Under the pieces are notes generated by a model. It saw nothing but the letters and a program-made list of their open reading frames with translations. It had not been told where the DNA came from and did not search any database. Both the position numbers and the translations under genes were made by a program. Of a stretch of DNA of 64,000 nt, positions 1 to 11,091 are shown piece after piece. The stretch's first letter is position 1. Each line of letters begins with the position of its first letter. This stretch comes from Lachnospiraceae bacterium (lineage in GTDB: Bacteria; Bacillota; Clostridia; Lachnospirales; Lachnospiraceae), in contig JALEPL010000031.1 of NCBI GenBank assembly GCA_022766245.1, positions 4,336 to 68,335 of the forward strand. Direction: 5' to 3'.

Positions 1-810
1 CTACATAAGCAGTCCACCACTTATCTAAAGTTGGGTACACTGGCTATTCATGCCGGACTTCTCACATCAGCTGAGGTAGATGCCATCGTAATCATGCAGA
101 CTCATCAGGACAAGCGTTTTGGCGAATTAGCAATTGAGGGTGGTTATCTTACCAGCGAGCAGGTGGATCAGTTACTCTCCTCACAGAAACCGGATTATCT
201 TTTATTAGGTCAGATTTTAATCGAGGATGGTCTTTTGTCCAATGCACAGTTTGAGGATTTGCTTCAGGAGTACCAGTCCAGCAATGAGATTTATGATTTG
301 GATACCACCCATGAGCAGAAGGATATGGTGGAAAAACTGATTAACAAGTTCTGCGATTTTGAGTCCACTACTATCTCAGAAAAAGCCATCTCCTATTTAA
401 GTTTGTTATTTAATGATATTGTTCGTTTTATCGGAAAGGATTTCACACCATTAAATCCTGTTTTAAAATCAGAATATATGACAAACTATTGTGTTACTCA
501 GGAGATTAATGGTCCTTTGACCATTGATTCAGGAATTGATATGAGCAAAACTACCGCATTAGGATTTGCCTCCCGGTATGCCAAAGAGGAATTCACCGAA
601 TTTGACGAGTATGTAAAGGCATCTATTGAAGACTTTTTGAATCTGCATAATGGTCTTTTCAATGTTAACATGTCCAACGAATTTTCTTTGGAACTAAACC
701 TTTGCCCGCCAATGGTTCACGAGGAGACGACCTTAAAGCACGATTCCAAGACTTATGTATTCCCGGTTATTTTCCCATTCGGAACCGTGAATTTCCTCTT
801 GGTATTTTAG
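1..810 (+). CDS. MshEN-repeat / CheX-like fusion protein (5'-partial)
   Basis: Frame 1 is open from base 1 (LHKQSTTYLKLGTL...). Three MshEN-like motifs (KLGTLAIHAGLLT..Q, RFGELAIEGGYLT..Q, LLGQILIEDGLLS) precede a CheC/CheX-like C-terminal domain (SIEDFLNLHNG...FPFGTVNFLL). Confidence 0.7.
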   Translation, partial: LHKQSTTYLKLGTLAIHAGLLTSAEVDAIVIMQTHQDKRFGELAIEGGYLTSEQVDQLLSSQKPDYLLLGQILIEDGLLSNAQFEDLLQEYQSSNEIYDLDTTHEQKDMVEKLINKFCDFESTTISEKAISYLSLLFNDIVRFIGKDFTPLNPVLKSEYMTNYCVTQEINGPLTIDSGIDMSKTTALGFASRYAKEEFTEFDEYVKASIEDFLNLHNGLFNVNMSNEFSLELNLCPPMVHEETTLKHDSKTYVFPVIFPFGTVNFLLVF

Positions 811-817
811 GAATTAA

Positions 818-884
818 GAAATCCATTTGCAATGCAAATTTTGCATGGATTTTGCTGGTAACCATGAAGGTACTGAATAGTTAC
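818..884 (-). repeat. Partial copy of the GTAACT(A/G)TTCAG hairpin repeat family
   Basis: aaatccatttgcaatgcaaattttgcatggatttt...ctgaatagttac matches 35070-35135. Confidence 0.85.
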
Positions 885-905
885 GAATTTTACATACAAA
901 TTTTT

Positions 906-937
906 CAGGCAGGTGTAAACACCTGCCTGTTTTTTTG
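906..937 (+). terminator. Intrinsic terminator after the CheX-like gene
   Basis: Perfect 11-bp stem caggcaggtgt-aa-acacctgcctg followed by a T run, between convergent genes. Confidence 0.8.
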
Positions 938-1012
938 CAACGAAAAAGAGGACAGCTTTCTCGCACTATCCTCCCTTGCTATCGCTTTTCTAAAATTTAA
1001 TCCATCAGTTGT

Positions 1013-2503
1013 TTACTGAATCTTCAAGAATTCTTTCACTACTTTTGGCATCTCATCCACTTCACAAACTGTCTTATGAAGAACCTCTGCACTCCGAATA
1101 TCCTCGATTGCCTGCGGAACCGTTACATTTGCGATTCTACTCAGCTCATCCACCAGTTCAAAATCTGTCATACTATCATATTTTTCATCGATTGCATTCA
1201 TAACACTTCTCGTAAACTTGAACGGGCTTGCCGTGGATGCAATCACAGTCTTCTTCTCATCGCCGGTTGCTGCCACATACTTCTTGTAAACGCCTGCAGC
1301 CACAGCGGTGTGCGTATCGATCACATAGCCAGTCTCATCATAGAGATCATGAATCACCTGTGCTGTCTCCTGCTCATTGGTATAATTGCCATAGAAGTCA
1401 GCAAGCTGCGCCTTCATATCCTCTGTAATCTCATATTTTCCGTCCGTATTCAATGCCTTCATGAACTCCGCATTCTTCTTTGCATCATTGCCGGCAATGC
1501 GGTAAATCAGACGCTCCAGATTGCTGGAAATCAGAATATCCATGGAAGGAGATGAAGTAAGAACAAACTCACGGTTCTTATCATAAGTTCCGGTAGTAAA
1601 GAAATCAAACAACACCTTGTTCTCATTAGACGCACAAATCAGTTTGTCGATGGGCATTCCCATATTTTTTGCAATATAGGCTGCCAGAATATTACCAAAA
1701 TTTCCGGTGGGAACTACCACATTGATTTTCTCACCCTTTGCGATGGCACCATTCTCATATAGCTTTGCATACGCATATACATAGTAAACAATCTGGGGAA
1801 CCAGACGACCAATATTAATGGAATTAGCAGATGAAAACTGATATCCTGCGGCATCCATTACCTGTGCAAGCTCTTTGTCAGCGAACATCTGCTTTACACC
1901 GGTCTGCGCCTGATCAAAATTACCATGGATTCCCACTACAAAGGTATTATCCCCCTTCTGGGTCACCATCTGTTTCTCCTGAATGGGACTTACTCCATTC
2001 TTCGGATAAAATACGATAATCCTGGTGCCCGGAACATTTGCAAATCCAGCCAGAGCAGCCTTTCCGGTATCTCCGGAAGTAGCTGTCAAAATCACAATTT
2101 CATTTTTTACATGATTCTTTTTAGCCGCTGTTGTCATCAAATACGGCAGAATGGACAACGCCATATCTTTAAATGCAATGGTGGAGCCATGGAACAATTC
2201 CAGATAATATGCACCATCTGCATCAACTAAAGGAGCAATTTCCGGTGTATCAAACTTGCTGTCATAAGCACTGTTGATACAGTACTTCAACTCTTCCTCA
2301 GTAAAATCTGTCAGAAAAAGCCTCATCACCTCATATGCAGTCTCCTGATATGACATCTTAGCAAGCTGATCCAAGTCAATATCTAATGCTGGAATGGTAT
2401 CGGGCATAAATAAACCACCATCATTTGCCAGCCCCTGTAAAATAGCCTTTGATGCAGTCACTTTCTCATCATCATTTCTCGTACTGGTATATAATACTTC
2501 CAT
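1013..2503 (-). CDS. thrC: Threonine synthase
   Basis: YTSTR...GLANDGGLF start, PLP motif LFHGSTIAFKDMAL, ATSGDTG, NSINIGR, PTGNFGN, DTHTAVA. Confidence 0.97.
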   Translation of the reverse strand: MEVLYTSTRNDDEKVTASKAILQGLANDGGLFMPDTIPALDIDLDQLAKMSYQETAYEVMRLFLTDFTEEELKYCINSAYDSKFDTPEIAPLVDADGAYYLELFHGSTIAFKDMALSILPYLMTTAAKKNHVKNEIVILTATSGDTGKAALAGFANVPGTRIIVFYPKNGVSPIQEKQMVTQKGDNTFVVGIHGNFDQAQTGVKQMFADKELAQVMDAAGYQFSSANSINIGRLVPQIVYYVYAYAKLYENGAIAKGEKINVVVPTGNFGNILAAYIAKNMGMPIDKLICASNENKVLFDFFTTGTYDKNREFVLTSSPSMDILISSNLERLIYRIAGNDAKKNAEFMKALNTDGKYEITEDMKAQLADFYGNYTNEQETAQVIHDLYDETGYVIDTHTAVAAGVYKKYVAATGDEKKTVIASTASPFKFTRSVMNAIDEKYDSMTDFELVDELSRIANVTVPQAIEDIRSAEVLHKTVCEVDEMPKVVKEFLKIQ

Positions 2504-2567
2504 GCTCTTATCCCTCTTTTGCTTATTTCATCATATTCATTCTACTGTGTAGAACCAACCGAGTTTT

Positions 2568-2597
2568 ATTATATAAGAAACTTCTTCCCACTGTCAA
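2568..2597 (-). promoter_or_regulatory. Putative sigma-A promoter of thrC
   Basis: Minus strand TTGACA (2597-2592), 18-bp spacer, TATAAT (2573-2568). Confidence 0.6.
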
Positions 2598-2693
2598 TGC
2601 TTTTATGATATACTTTATCCTATGGAAAGATTGAAAGGTTACTGTTCACACAGCCCTTACTTGAAAATCTAACAAAAGCCAAAGGAGAATGCC

Positions 2694-3500
2694 ATGCTAC
2701 CGGGTGTTTATCTAGCACAAAAAAAGAATGGGAAAATCTACTATCGTTCCAATATTACCTATCAAAACAAGCATATCAGTCTGGGTAGTTTTCCGACAGA
2801 AAATGACGCACATCAGGCATATCTGGATGCAAGTCATATTCTCCAAAGTTCCACTCCGTTTTCAATCACGACATTTTCCCAATATCCGTCGTTGTCCTAT
2901 GATAAGCTGGTGAGTCTCTATAATTTTCGGGATAACCACATCTATATTAAGACACCCATTTACCTGCACGCCAGCTATTTTTCCTATTACCTGTCACCCA
3001 GCGAGGAACTGAAGTTTGATATTGACGACCTCTTCTTCTATTCCAGCCATCGTATTCTGCGCAGACAAGGACATCTGTACACAAATGATTACGGGATGCA
3101 GGTCTCATTGTTCTCCCGCTATGGCATCAAACCCTATGGAGTTCTCAACCGGGATTATCGTTTTGTCAACGGCGATTCCATGGATTTACGGTATTCCAAT
3201 ATCGAGATCATCTCAAAATACAATGGTGTCACTGCCATCAGCACTGCCAGTGGAATCAAGTACCGTGTATTCATCCACATCAACGGTAATTATAAAATCG
3301 GGACATACAAAACAGAACCCCATGCAGCAGTGGCCTACAACAAAGCTGTTGATTTGGCTCTTGCCCATGGGATTCACAAAAATTTTATGCAGAATTATGT
3401 AACCGAATATAGTGCAAAAGAATATGCTGATTTATATGTCAAGACAAAAATCTCTGCAAAATATCTGGATTATCTCCAGCATTCTTCTATTTCTGGTTAA
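2694..3500 (+). CDS. AP2-domain protein with a degenerate HNH-like segment
   Basis: N-terminal AP2-like repeat (GVY...[28 protein letters not shown]), C-terminal AP2-like repeat (YNGV...[29 protein letters not shown]), central [20 protein letters not shown] resembling the HNH_3 pattern DHINGDxLDNRxxNL. Confidence 0.6.
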   Translation: MLPGVYLAQKKNGKIYYRSNITYQNKHISLGSFPTENDAHQAYLDASHILQSSTPFSITTFSQYPSLSYDKLVSLYNFRDNHIYIKTPIYLHASYFSYYLSPSEELKFDIDDLFFYSSHRILRRQGHLYTNDYGMQVSLFSRYGIKPYGVLNRDYRFVNGDSMDLRYSNIEIISKYNGVTAISTASGIKYRVFIHINGNYKIGTYKTEPHAAVAYNKAVDLALAHGIHKNFMQNYVTEYSAKEYADLYVKTKISAKYLDYLQHSSISG

Positions 3501-3975
3501 TATAGTTTACTAAGCCTTCGCAGTCAATAATTTTCTGCATAAAGGGCGGAAATGCCTGTCCCTGATAAGTTTTTCCGGTTGTCTTATCTGTAATAACACC
3601 GGTATCAAAATTCACTTCCACTTCGTCGCCTTCCGCAATTTCTGCAGAAGCCTCCCTGCACTCAATGATAGGTAATCCGATATTGATGGCATTACGGTAG
3701 AAAATACGCGCAAAGGTCTCTGCAATCACACAGCTTACACCTGCCGCCTTAATGGCGATGGGCGCATGCTCTCTAGATGATCCGCAGCCAAAATTCTTAT
3801 TTGCTACGATCAAATCTCCCTGGCTCACCTTGTGAACAAACTCTTTGTCAATATCCTCCATACAATGCGTAGCCAGTTCCTTCGGATCTGAAGAATTCAA
3901 ATATCTTGCAGGAATGATTACGTCCGTATCTACATTGTCACCAAATTTAAATGCTTTTCCACATGCTGCTTTCAT
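3487..3975 (-). CDS. leuD: 3-isopropylmalate dehydratase small subunit
   Basis: [42 protein letters not shown]. Confidence 0.97.
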   Translation of the reverse strand: MKAACGKAFKFGDNVDTDVIIPARYLNSSDPKELATHCMEDIDKEFVHKVSQGDLIVANKNFGCGSSREHAPIAIKAAGVSCVIAETFARIFYRNAINIGLPIIECREASAEIAEGDEVEVNFDTGVITDKTTGKTYQGQAFPPFMQKIIDCEGLVNYINQK

Positions 3976-3977
3976 GT

Positions 3978-5237
3978 TTATTCCTCCTCCGGCGCTGAAA
4001 TCTTACCTGTAAGTGCACTTGCCGCTGCCACGGCCGGGCTGGCAAGATATATTTCTGAATCCACATGTCCCATGCGGCCTACAAAGTTGCGATTGGTGGT
4101 AGACACACATCTCTCATTCTCTGCCAAAATGCCCATATAACCACCCAGACAAGGTCCACAGGTAGGTGTGCTGACAATGGCGCCTGCCTCAATAAATGTG
4201 CGGATATAACCGGCTTCCATGGCATCCAGATAAATCTGCTGGGTAGCGGGGATTACGATGACACGAAGTCCCTTTTTCACTTTCTTTCCGGCCAAAATAG
4301 AAGCGGCAATCTTAAGATCCTCCAGTCTTCCGTTGGTGCAGGAACCAATTACGACCTGATCGATCGCAATATCCCCCACCTCATCAATGGTCTTTGTATT
4401 CTCCGGCAGATGAGGAAATGCTACAGTAGGACGAAGTGTACTCAGATCAATGGTGTAAGTCTCGTCATACTCCGCATCATCATCCGCCTCATATACTTTA
4501 TAAGGGCGTTTGGAATGCTCCTCCATATACTGAATGGTTTTCTCATCCACCGGAAAGATACCATTCTTACCACCAGCTTCAATCGCCATATTCGCGATGG
4601 TAAAACGGTCATCCATGGAAAGATACTGAATACCGTCTCCCACAAACTCCATGGATTTATAAAGCGCTCCATCCACACCGATCATACCGATGATGTGAAG
4701 GATAATATCCTTACCGCTAATCCATTTCGCAGGCTTTCCTGTGAGCTGGAATCGAATGGCGGAAGGAACCTTAAACCATGCCTTACCGGTAGCCATACCT
4801 GCAGCCATATCCGTGCTTCCTACACCAGTAGAAAAAGCTCCCAGAGCTCCATAGGTACAAGTATGGGAATCCGCTCCAATGATCACATCTCCTGCAACAG
4901 TCAAGCCTTTCTCAGGCAGTAATGCATGCTCAATTCCCATCTCTCCCACATCGTAATAATTCGTAATATCATGTCTGCAGGCAAACTCCCGTACACACTT
5001 ACAGTGCTGTGCTGATTTGATATCCTTATTTGGTGCAAAATGATCCATAACCAGTGCAATCTTGTCTTTGTCAAAGACACCATCCACTTTCATTTTCTCA
5101 ATCTCGTGGATTGCCACTGGTGATGTGATATCATTGCCCAACACCAAATCCAAGTCAGCTTCAATCAACTGACCGGCAGAGACACGATCCAACCCCGCAT
5201 GTGCTGCCAGGATTTTCTGAGTCATCGTCATTCCCAT
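3978..5237 (-). CDS. leuC: 3-isopropylmalate dehydratase large subunit
   Basis: [10 protein letters not shown] start with a GGAGG SD (start moved from the ORF-track position 5357); [37 protein letters not shown]. Confidence 0.97.
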   Translation of the reverse strand: MGMTMTQKILAAHAGLDRVSAGQLIEADLDLVLGNDITSPVAIHEIEKMKVDGVFDKDKIALVMDHFAPNKDIKSAQHCKCVREFACRHDITNYYDVGEMGIEHALLPEKGLTVAGDVIIGADSHTCTYGALGAFSTGVGSTDMAAGMATGKAWFKVPSAIRFQLTGKPAKWISGKDIILHIIGMIGVDGALYKSMEFVGDGIQYLSMDDRFTIANMAIEAGGKNGIFPVDEKTIQYMEEHSKRPYKVYEADDDAEYDETYTIDLSTLRPTVAFPHLPENTKTIDEVGDIAIDQVVIGSCTNGRLEDLKIAASILAGKKVKKGLRVIVIPATQQIYLDAMEAGYIRTFIEAGAIVSTPTCGPCLGGYMGILAENERCVSTTNRNFVGRMGHVDSEIYLASPAVAAASALTGKISAPEEE

Positions 5238-5404
5238 TCTTTTTTCCTCCATTTCTTGGTATAGTGGTAGTGTTTCATAGCGCGTGAATCGCAGTTTTAT
5301 AACAGTTTTATCTACTGATAGTAATATACCATACATCGTGATATAATACAAATACATATCAAATATGTTAGATATGAATTTAAGTTATAAAAGGAGCGAT
5401 TGCA

Positions 5405-6307
5405 TTGCAAAGTTTATCTGCCTATCGTATTTTTTACACAGTTGCAGTACAAGGCAACATATCCAATGCTGCCAGAGAACTGTACATCAGCCAGCCTGCC
5501 ATCAGCAAATCCATTCAAAAACTGGAAGAAAGTCTGGGATGCAAACTTTTTAACCGAAATTCCAGAGGCGTCAGTCTCACTCAGGAAGGTGAAATGCTCT
5601 TTTCCTATGTAAGTACTGCCTTTGAGGCCTTAAACACAGGAGAAGACAGACTGAAAAATGCACTGAATCTTGGCATCGGACATTTGAAGATTGGGGTAAG
5701 CTCCACTTTGTGTAAATACATGCTCTTACCCTATATCAAAGCATTCACCAAGCAATATCCGCATATCAACATCTCTATTCTCTGCCAGTCCACCAACGAA
5801 TCTCTGGCTATGCTGGAGGAGGACAAAATCGATATCGGGCTCATTGCGAAGCCGGATCACGGCAAATTGCTGCGTTTTCATTTTGTAGGTGAAGTAGAGG
5901 ATATTTTTGTTGCCACTACCGATTATCTGAATCTGTTAAAAACCCGCGGTGTTCCAGAAGACCAGATTCTCAGCCAGTCAACACTCATGCTTTTAGATAA
6001 AAAGAACATGACACGTCAATACATCGATGACTATCTGCGGGAAAACCAGATTCAGACTCAAGATTTCATCGAAGTATCCTCCATGGATCTGCTCATTGAT
6101 TTTGCAAAACTAAATCTTGGCGTTGCATGTGTAATCCGTCAATTTGTCAAAGAAGAATTAGACCAGAAAGAATTCATCGAGATTCCCTTAGGATTTCCTA
6201 TTCATAAACGCGAAATCGGATTTTGCTATAAGGAAGCCGCCCATCTATCCAAATCCCTGGAGCTTTTTATTCAGTTCTTCCAAAAAGAAGAATGGACAGT
6301 GCACTAA
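5405..6307 (+). CDS. LysR-family transcriptional regulator, divergent from leuC
   Basis: HTH pattern GNISNAARELYISQPAISKSIQKLEESLGCKLFNRNSRGVSLT followed by a LysR substrate-binding domain. Confidence 0.93.
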   Translation: MQSLSAYRIFYTVAVQGNISNAARELYISQPAISKSIQKLEESLGCKLFNRNSRGVSLTQEGEMLFSYVSTAFEALNTGEDRLKNALNLGIGHLKIGVSSTLCKYMLLPYIKAFTKQYPHINISILCQSTNESLAMLEEDKIDIGLIAKPDHGKLLRFHFVGEVEDIFVATTDYLNLLKTRGVPEDQILSQSTLMLLDKKNMTRQYIDDYLRENQIQTQDFIEVSSMDLLIDFAKLNLGVACVIRQFVKEELDQKEFIEIPLGFPIHKREIGFCYKEAAHLSKSLELFIQFFQKEEWTVH

Positions 6308-6349
6308 AAAATGGCAGCAGATTCGAAAAAGAATCATGCTGCCATTTTT
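6306..6349. terminator. Bidirectional terminator between lysR and ilvC
   Basis: aaaaatggcagca-gattc...gaatc-atgctgccattttt hairpin with A/T tails between convergent genes. Confidence 0.8.
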
Positions 6350-6359
6350 ATCATTTAGA

Positions 6360-7394
<1,035 letters not shown>

Positions 7395-7402
7395 CTATAA
7401 TA

Positions 7403-7903
7403 TTAATCTAAATATGTAACATCCGATGACCCACGGGTCAAACCGGTGATACCCGTTCTGGCGAGTTCTAAGATCTCATAACCCTGCAACAGATTCATGA
7501 ACGCATCCAGCTTCTCCTGATGACCGGTGAGCTCCACAACCATGGAATCCTCAGTCACGTCCACTATTCTGCCTCGATATATCTCGGTAACACTCAAAAT
7601 CGCCTGACGTTGTGTATCCTTTGCTCTTATCTTCACCAGAATCAACTCTCTGGTAACTGAATTATTCGGTTCTAAAAACTTAATATCCCGAACATCCTCC
7701 AGCTTTGACAGCTGATTACTGATCTGTTCCAACATCAAGTCATCTCCGTTGGTAACAATGGTCATTCTGGTAAATCTCGGATCTGCGGTAACACCAGCCG
7801 TAAGACTGTCGATATTGTAACCTCTGCGGCTGAACAAACCGGCAACACGACTCAGCACACCCGATGTATTCTCCACTAAAATAGATAACACCTGTCTTCT
7901 CAT
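7403..7903 (-). CDS. ilvN: Acetolactate synthase small (regulatory) subunit
   Basis: ACT domain LVENTSGVLSRVAGLFSRRGYNIDSL; ELARTG. Confidence 0.96.
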   Translation of the reverse strand: MRRQVLSILVENTSGVLSRVAGLFSRRGYNIDSLTAGVTADPRFTRMTIVTNGDDLMLEQISNQLSKLEDVRDIKFLEPNNSVTRELILVKIRAKDTQRQAILSVTEIYRGRIVDVTEDSMVVELTGHQEKLDAFMNLLQGYEILELARTGITGLTRGSSDVTYLD

Positions 7904-7977
7904 TCGAAAACCTTCCTTTACTCATTCACGCTAACATTCATTCTAGCATAACAAAGTCATTTGTCAATACATCCATT

Positions 7978-9342
7978 TTACTTTCTTCTTTTCCTGCGTT
8001 TCTTCTTCTGCGTCTGAATCCTATGGTATTTTCTTTTTCGCATCTCACTGTGAGAAATGTGCTTTCTCTGGTTCGCACGATACCACTGAAGAAACCTCCA
8101 GCCACCGTAGGCTGCACCTGACACAACAACAAGAGCCAGCAATATAATGCCCATTATTCTGACAAAAACTCCTGTCTTTTTTCCCGACTGTTTGGGACTT
8201 TCCACTTCCTCCATGACTTCAGATGATTCTTCTGCCCTGACAATTGTAACATCTGCCCCGCCAATTTCATGCGACGCATAGGTATACCCCAGAAAAGCAA
8301 TCTCGTCATTCTCTCCACTTTGTTCTTTCAGCGCTGCGGTTGCATCGGCAAATGATGCCGTCTTCGGCAATACAATGCATCCCGTTTGATCCAGCACCAC
8401 GGTATCCTCTGTTCCGGACGCATATAGTTCCTGCAGCTTTTGTTCTGTATAATACGCCTCATTCTCAGAAACATTCCACAACTGAAAATTTTCAAAAGCG
8501 GCATCAAACAGCACTGTTGTGTCCTTATACTGCATCGTTGTCTTTTCATTCAACACAACGCAAATTAAATCCATCCCATCCCGCGATGCATATGTCACCA
8601 GGGTATTTTTTGCAACATCGGTATACCCTGTCTTGCCCCCGATACATCCCTCGTACAAATACTCTGTCCCCTTGTATGAACTGAACATCTGATGATGATT
8701 CCTCAGAAAAGTTTCCTCTTCATGCTTATTGGTGGGTGGAATCGTGTATTTCTGCGTACCTATAATCGTTCGAAAGGTATCATATTTCAACGCTTCTCTG
8801 GAAATGAGTGCCATATCATAGGCGCTGGTATAATGATTCTCATCCGGCAGACCATGGGGATTTGTAAAATGAGTATTCTCGCATCCCAGTTCTTTTGCCC
8901 TGTCATTCATCATCTGGATAAAGGTATCATAATCCCCACCCACATGTTCTGCAATCGCATACGCACACTCATTTGCAGATACCAGCATCAGTGCGTACAG
9001 GCACTGCTCCATAGTCATAACCTCATCCAGATCTCTGGCGATATGAGCCCCATCTACACCATAGACCGCATTGGCAGAAAAAACCACCTCTTCATCCATA
9101 TCACAGTTCTCTATAGCCAGCAGTGCCGTCATAATCTTGGTAATACTGGCGGGATAGAGTTCCTCATGTGCGTTTTTCTCGTACAGTACAGTTCCAGTGG
9201 AAGCCTCCATCACAATGGCTGAGGGACCATCGATGGCCGGCCCGGTGGGCCAGACATCTTCTGCCCGAACCTGCATCACATTTGTCTGCATCAGATATAC
9301 CATCAGAAGCAGCAAACATTTCCATGCTTTCACTTTGTTCAT
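7978..9342 (-). CDS. D-alanyl-D-alanine carboxypeptidase (peptidase S11) with C-terminal membrane anchor
   Basis: Signal peptide (start MNKVKAWK at 9342), PASITK (SxxK), SAN (SxN), GGKTG (KTG), C-terminal TM helix and K/R-rich tail. Confidence 0.92.
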   Translation of the reverse strand: MNKVKAWKCLLLLMVYLMQTNVMQVRAEDVWPTGPAIDGPSAIVMEASTGTVLYEKNAHEELYPASITKIMTALLAIENCDMDEEVVFSANAVYGVDGAHIARDLDEVMTMEQCLYALMLVSANECAYAIAEHVGGDYDTFIQMMNDRAKELGCENTHFTNPHGLPDENHYTSAYDMALISREALKYDTFRTIIGTQKYTIPPTNKHEEETFLRNHHQMFSSYKGTEYLYEGCIGGKTGYTDVAKNTLVTYASRDGMDLICVVLNEKTTMQYKDTTVLFDAAFENFQLWNVSENEAYYTEQKLQELYASGTEDTVVLDQTGCIVLPKTASFADATAALKEQSGENDEIAFLGYTYASHEIGGADVTIVRAEESSEVMEEVESPKQSGKKTGVFVRIMGIILLALVVVSGAAYGGWRFLQWYRANQRKHISHSEMRKRKYHRIQTQKKKRRKRRK

Positions 9343-9360
9343 CTTATTCCCCCATTTATT

Positions 9361-9438
9361 GGCACGAGGTGTCACCGCAGGTGACGGATACGCCCCCAAA
9401 GGTCGCTTCGCGCTGCTTTGGGGACAAAACCTGGTGCC
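9361..9438. repeat. REP-like nested palindromic element
   Basis: Outer arms ggcacgagg/cctggtgcc (8 of 9 complementary) enclose hairpins gtcacc-gca-ggtgac and ccccaaag...ctttgggg. Single copy in the window. Confidence 0.5.
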
Positions 9439-9482
9439 GCTTCAGTTTTCATATCTGACTTTACACTTCCTTTTTACACCAT

Positions 9483-11051
9483 TTATTGTGCAGCTTCCGG
9501 TGTTGTTTCCGGCTGGGTCGCCGGGGATTCCTGTGTCTGAGTCTCCGGAGTTGGCGCTTCCTGAGCCGGAGTTTCCGCAGACGCTGCCAAAGCAGCGTCA
9601 TTCCATGCAGCGATTGCCGCATTTACCGTAGCCTCATCCTGCGTAGCAATTGCTGCATTTACCGCAGCAGATGCATTCGGATCAGCAGAAGCAGTACCAA
9701 CCAGAATCACTTTATCTGATGCCCGGTAACTGCTGGTATTAAACACCTCATTGCTCTCCACTTCCCCATTCACTGTAACGATTTTGCGGAGACGTGCTTT
9801 ATATCCTACATGTTCCGACTGATCCACAGTAGTATATCCGATCGGCTGATCCGGCGCAGCTTGATATACCACACCGGGAGTTGTGGTTGCAAGTACCTCA
9901 CTTACAAATTCCACTTTTCGGTTGCTGTCTCTGGTCTCCTCTCCGTAGACATTAAAATACACATAACCTCCGGAAGTATACCCCTCAATATAGACTGGTG
10001 AATCCAGATTATTCTTAAACTTAAAGTCCTTGTAGGTTCCTGCGATGGCAGCATCCTCCGATGGTTTTACATAGCTGACCGTCATGGAATGCGGGTAGCG
10101 CTCTATAACTTCCAGTTCTGCCCGGATTACCGCATTATACAAAGTAGTGGAAACCTGACAGATTCCGCCTCCTATAGATTCAACCACTTTTCCATTCTCG
10201 TAAGCGCCTCCCACTTCATACCCATTTTCCCGGACAAAAGGACTGGCCACTTCATACACGGAGAACTCATCTCCCGGATATAACAACGCCCCATTTATCT
10301 TAGATGTTCCATTCTGTACATTCTGCTTTCTTCCGGCATTGGAGTTCGCATAAGAAGTACGGAAGCTGCCTAATACATCTTTTACTTTGGACAATTCTTC
10401 TTCTGTATGTTCCGGTTCTACCACATCGGCCACAAGCTCCACGACAGCGCTTTTTCCGTCCCACTCAGATGCAAAGAAAGATTCTACTCCGGCAATGGAG
10501 CTCTCCACATCTACATAGATTCCTTCACTCTCCGGTATGGTAATAAATGCTCCATCTTCCCGCTTCAGCTGGGCATCCTGAACTTCAGAATTCAGAATAT
10601 CTTCGCTGTTTTCAATAAACTTAACAACCTCAGCCTTATCGATTCCGTATTCCAGAGGAAACACTTTATCTTCCCGCTCTAAATCCTTCATGGCCATATA
10701 CCGACTCAGTAGATTTCCCTTTTTGCCGATATAAGCAGCTTCTTTTAACACTTCAGGATTTTGCCAGAAAACTCCCAGTTCACCGGCTTTAGCACTTACT
10801 TCCTTGCTCCCTGCCTTAAACGTGATCTTTTCATTTCCTATCTCATCAAAATACTCTTCCACTGCCTGGGACGCTTCTTCCTGTGTCATACCACCCACGG
10901 GGATTTCACCAATAAACACACGTTCCGGTATCAGCGCATCTTGTGATTCCTCCGCACGTGCAGAAATCCCCATACAGGATCCCAGCGCCAGGCCGCAAAG
11001 GATAACTCCAGTTACCAGATACTTTTTCTTAATTTTTTTCATAGCAGCCAC
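9483..11051 (-). CDS. VanW-family cell-wall protein (PG-binding region + VanW domain + G5-like tail)
   Basis: Signal peptide, GRKQNVQNGTSKINGALLYPGDEFS, IGGGICQVSTTLYNA, ERYPHS, DAAIA, DFKFKNN; P/E/T/A-rich C-terminus. Confidence 0.88.
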   Translation of the reverse strand: MAAMKKIKKKYLVTGVILCGLALGSCMGISARAEESQDALIPERVFIGEIPVGGMTQEEASQAVEEYFDEIGNEKITFKAGSKEVSAKAGELGVFWQNPEVLKEAAYIGKKGNLLSRYMAMKDLEREDKVFPLEYGIDKAEVVKFIENSEDILNSEVQDAQLKREDGAFITIPESEGIYVDVESSIAGVESFFASEWDGKSAVVELVADVVEPEHTEEELSKVKDVLGSFRTSYANSNAGRKQNVQNGTSKINGALLYPGDEFSVYEVASPFVRENGYEVGGAYENGKVVESIGGGICQVSTTLYNAVIRAELEVIERYPHSMTVSYVKPSEDAAIAGTYKDFKFKNNLDSPVYIEGYTSGGYVYFNVYGEETRDSNRKVEFVSEVLATTTPGVVYQAAPDQPIGYTTVDQSEHVGYKARLRKIVTVNGEVESNEVFNTSSYRASDKVILVGTASADPNASAAVNAAIATQDEATVNAAIAAWNDAALAASAETPAQEAPTPETQTQESPATQPETTPEAAQ

Positions 11052-11091
11052 TCTTCCCTTACAAAGAATATTCCATTGTATCCCAGCAATA

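Noticed and set aside
702-1019. 105-aa plus-strand ORF
   Set aside because: It runs through a repeat copy and a terminator; its ICNANFAWI..TMKVLNSY stretch is just the translated repeat (also seen in the 34883-35131 ORF).
4065-4922. Long antisense ORFs (also 27799-28398, 31056-31559, 51017-51985 and others)
   Set aside because: Shadow frames of well-supported genes, with no recognisable motifs or ribosome-binding sites.
7403-7903. ilvN without an adjacent ilvB
   Set aside because: The envelope operon sits where ilvB often lies, but there is no ilvB remnant or insertion scar, and split ilvB/ilvN arrangements are unremarkable.
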